A DNA stretch of 64,000 nucleotides from Oikopleura dioica (taxonomy: Eukaryota; Animalia; Chordata): NCBI GenBank assembly GCA_907165135.1, contig OU015570.1, positions 1,116,001 through 1,180,000 on the forward strand. The letters are read 5' to 3'. This document shows, piece by piece, positions 61,825 to 64,000 of the stretch; within the stretch, counting starts at the first letter, position 1; each line of letters starts with the position of its first letter. The notes below the pieces were generated by a model, which saw nothing but the letters and a program-made list of their open reading frames with translations, was not told where the DNA came from and did no database searches. Made by a program: the position numbers and the translations under genes.

Positions 61825-63531
61825 ATGAATGCAGACAGATATCTGCAAAGTAAACTGAGATACACTAGTCAGGTTACAAGAAGTATACGAAGTTTTGCCT
61901 TCTTTTTGGCCTTACTGTTTGAGGACGACCGAACCAAGGCTACTTACGAGGAGAACCCTGTCGTTCCGGAAAAACAAATTGTCATCGACAGACTCAAAGA
62001 ACTGAATCTTCATTTTTTCGAGTATCAATTTTGCGAATTCAACCAACGTTTTTTCATACTACCGATCCAGTTAAAGTCTTAAACTTACCGAAACGAAGTT
62101 GTTAACTATAATTCAACTCTCAAGCAATATAAAGAGGACGCGCAGTTACGTAATCGTCAAGCCGTTGTACAGTTTAACGAACTCGTTAACAACGATTGCA
62201 GCGAACTTTCGGATACCATCAAAACTGCACTGAATCAAATCTATACTCTCGGCCAACTAGGAACACCCAAGGACACCTACTTGGAACTTAAGGTAAAACA
62301 AACAATGGATCCATCAAATGCAGCAAATACTCTGCCGGACGCAGACGCAACGATGATGAGCTCTGGAGAAGAAACAGTATACCAGGACGCGGAGGATGTG
62401 CTTGAAGAAGAAGTTACACAGCAGATCAACGAATCCTTGAGGGATGATACTGAAAGGTACAATAGGGTACGAAGTATCTGGGAAACGAGACCCCAACCTC
62501 AAGCGGGCAGAACCCCGATCAAACGGGTAAATGCAGCTTCTAAAATGGTCAACACCACTGCTGCGCCCGAACCGAAGGAAGAAAACGAAGAGACCAATTC
62601 AAGCGGCTGGAAAAAACACAGAATTCCCCCACTCAAACAATCAGGGCTGTCAGTTAAAGACTGGGGCAAGAAAATCGTCTTTATGGTCGAGCTGGGAAGA
62701 TCGAAAAAGCTCACTGACAAAGAAAAGATACAACTAGTTCTTGAAAACATTCCAGCGGCAAACTTCGGAAATATCATCGAGGAATTCGAAAACAGGTCCC
62801 AACACGATTATGGTACACTCTTGGACGTCGTGAAGGAGGAAATCCAGATTGATGAAAGTGAGGCTAGTATGAATCTGTCCACGCTCGCGTTCTCCGAAGA
62901 AAGAGACAAGGATCTTCGAAAATTTTTCGAGAATATAAGAAAGCTTGTTCGAATAAAATATCCAACGCTCGATGCAACAGACGTCAACAGTACAGCTATG
63001 GAGCATTTTGAACGGCTTATCCCATCATACGTGAAAACGAGCGAAACTTGGGGACTGGATGTCTACGATCCAAACGATCCTGGCAGACGCGTTGCACTCG
63101 CAAATCGAATCTTTAATCTTCACAAGACTCGAAAGAGTATAAACGCTCTTATTGACAGAAACAACAAGAAGAAAAGTGGAGAAGAAGGCAGAAAGAAAAA
63201 ATGGTGTTCTTACCACAACACGGACAGCCACACCCTCAGCGAATGCAGAAACGCTCCAAATTGCACGAATTTTGGAAAGAAAGGACATAGCGCGTCAAGC
63301 TGCTTCAAGAAAGGCGGCCAGAAAAACGGTGGAAAAACTGAAGACAAAGGCAACCAGAAGAGCTCACAGGGAAAGACGAAACCCGGACAAGGTGAGTGCT
63401 TCAACTGTGGCGAAAAAGGACACTGGCATAAGGAGTGCCCAAAGCCACGACGCCGACGTCAGATGAACACAATGAATGTCGAGCAAGACAAGAAAGACTC
63501 ATACCAATCTTCAAATTTTATCCAAATGTAA
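61825..63531 (+). pseudogene. gag: gag, inverted duplicate copy
   Basis: Same translation as 57397-59103, including the stop at 62080-62082. Confidence 0.9.
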
Positions 63532-63541
63532 CCCTGAATAG

Positions 63542-64000
63542 ATTCTACCTATTATAAATTGTACATTAGTCCAGTACAATGAGAACGATACAGCAATTCA
63601 CCCTTTGCAAAACGTCCTCATTGATACCGGCGCTGAAGCTAGCTTGCTATCATATGAAAACGTGCCGCCCGACTTTGAAAAGGAAACCAACCCGGTTACC
63701 AAGCTTGCTAATGCTGTGGAAGAAAGCTTTGCGGAATCAACAACATGCGTCAGGTGCAACATCAGGATGCCTTACAACGACCTAGAAATCACAAACGTGA
63801 AATTTTTGGTACTCAGCGACTCATCTTCAATGGCTTTTTCAGCCATAATCGGTATGGATATATTGCGCAACATCGAGCTTAGGAAAGGCCAAAGTGAGCA
63901 TGTCCTGCAACTAAATCAAATTCTCCAACTTGACTCGCGCGAAGGTGTGGACAACCAATCTTTCTCTAAAGAATTGGAAATAAAAATCCAGCCGACCAAG
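63542..64000 (+). pseudogene. pol: aspartic protease start of pol, inverted duplicate, runs off the window
   Basis: ILPIINCTLV...LQNVLIDTGAEASLL. Confidence 0.9.

Larger units (their letters stand above)
56928..64000. repeat. inverted duplication: arms 56928-60012 and 60915-64000 (runs off the window), ~900 bp spacer
   Basis: Mirror ORF coordinates sum to 120927/120928; the only difference noticed is G5 versus C6 at ~59267/61657. Confidence 0.95.

Overview
Eukaryotic, AT-rich, transposon-saturated window with no intact host gene. The 42-43 bp GT-AG introns and env-bearing Ty3/gypsy remnants suggest a larvacean tunicate such as Oikopleura, but this is an inference. It contains pieces of at least six LTR retrotransposons. 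Three of them carry env-like remnants (basic furin site, hydrophobic fusion-type peptide; a TM helix in one). There are also many nested MITEs (hAT-, MULE-, pogo/Tc1-, piggyBac-like, foldback), a four-copy Helitron-like family, a tRNA-like sequence, a cathepsin L pseudogene fragment and an intron-containing Polinton-PolB-N-terminus-like fragment. The right end is a near-perfect inverted duplication with arms of at least 3.08 kb that carry gag-protease. The most striking item is at 31.8-36.3 kb. A gypsy integrase is followed, in the env position and before an LTR-PBS, by a small single-pass membrane ORF and an intronless, decayed three-Ig-domain nectin/CADM-like receptor gene with a TM helix and a PDZ-type C-terminus. 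A dispersed element combining tandem GAA-triloop DNA hairpins with a G-quadruplex motif is also notable. All family assignments come from manual motif reading; no database searches were run.
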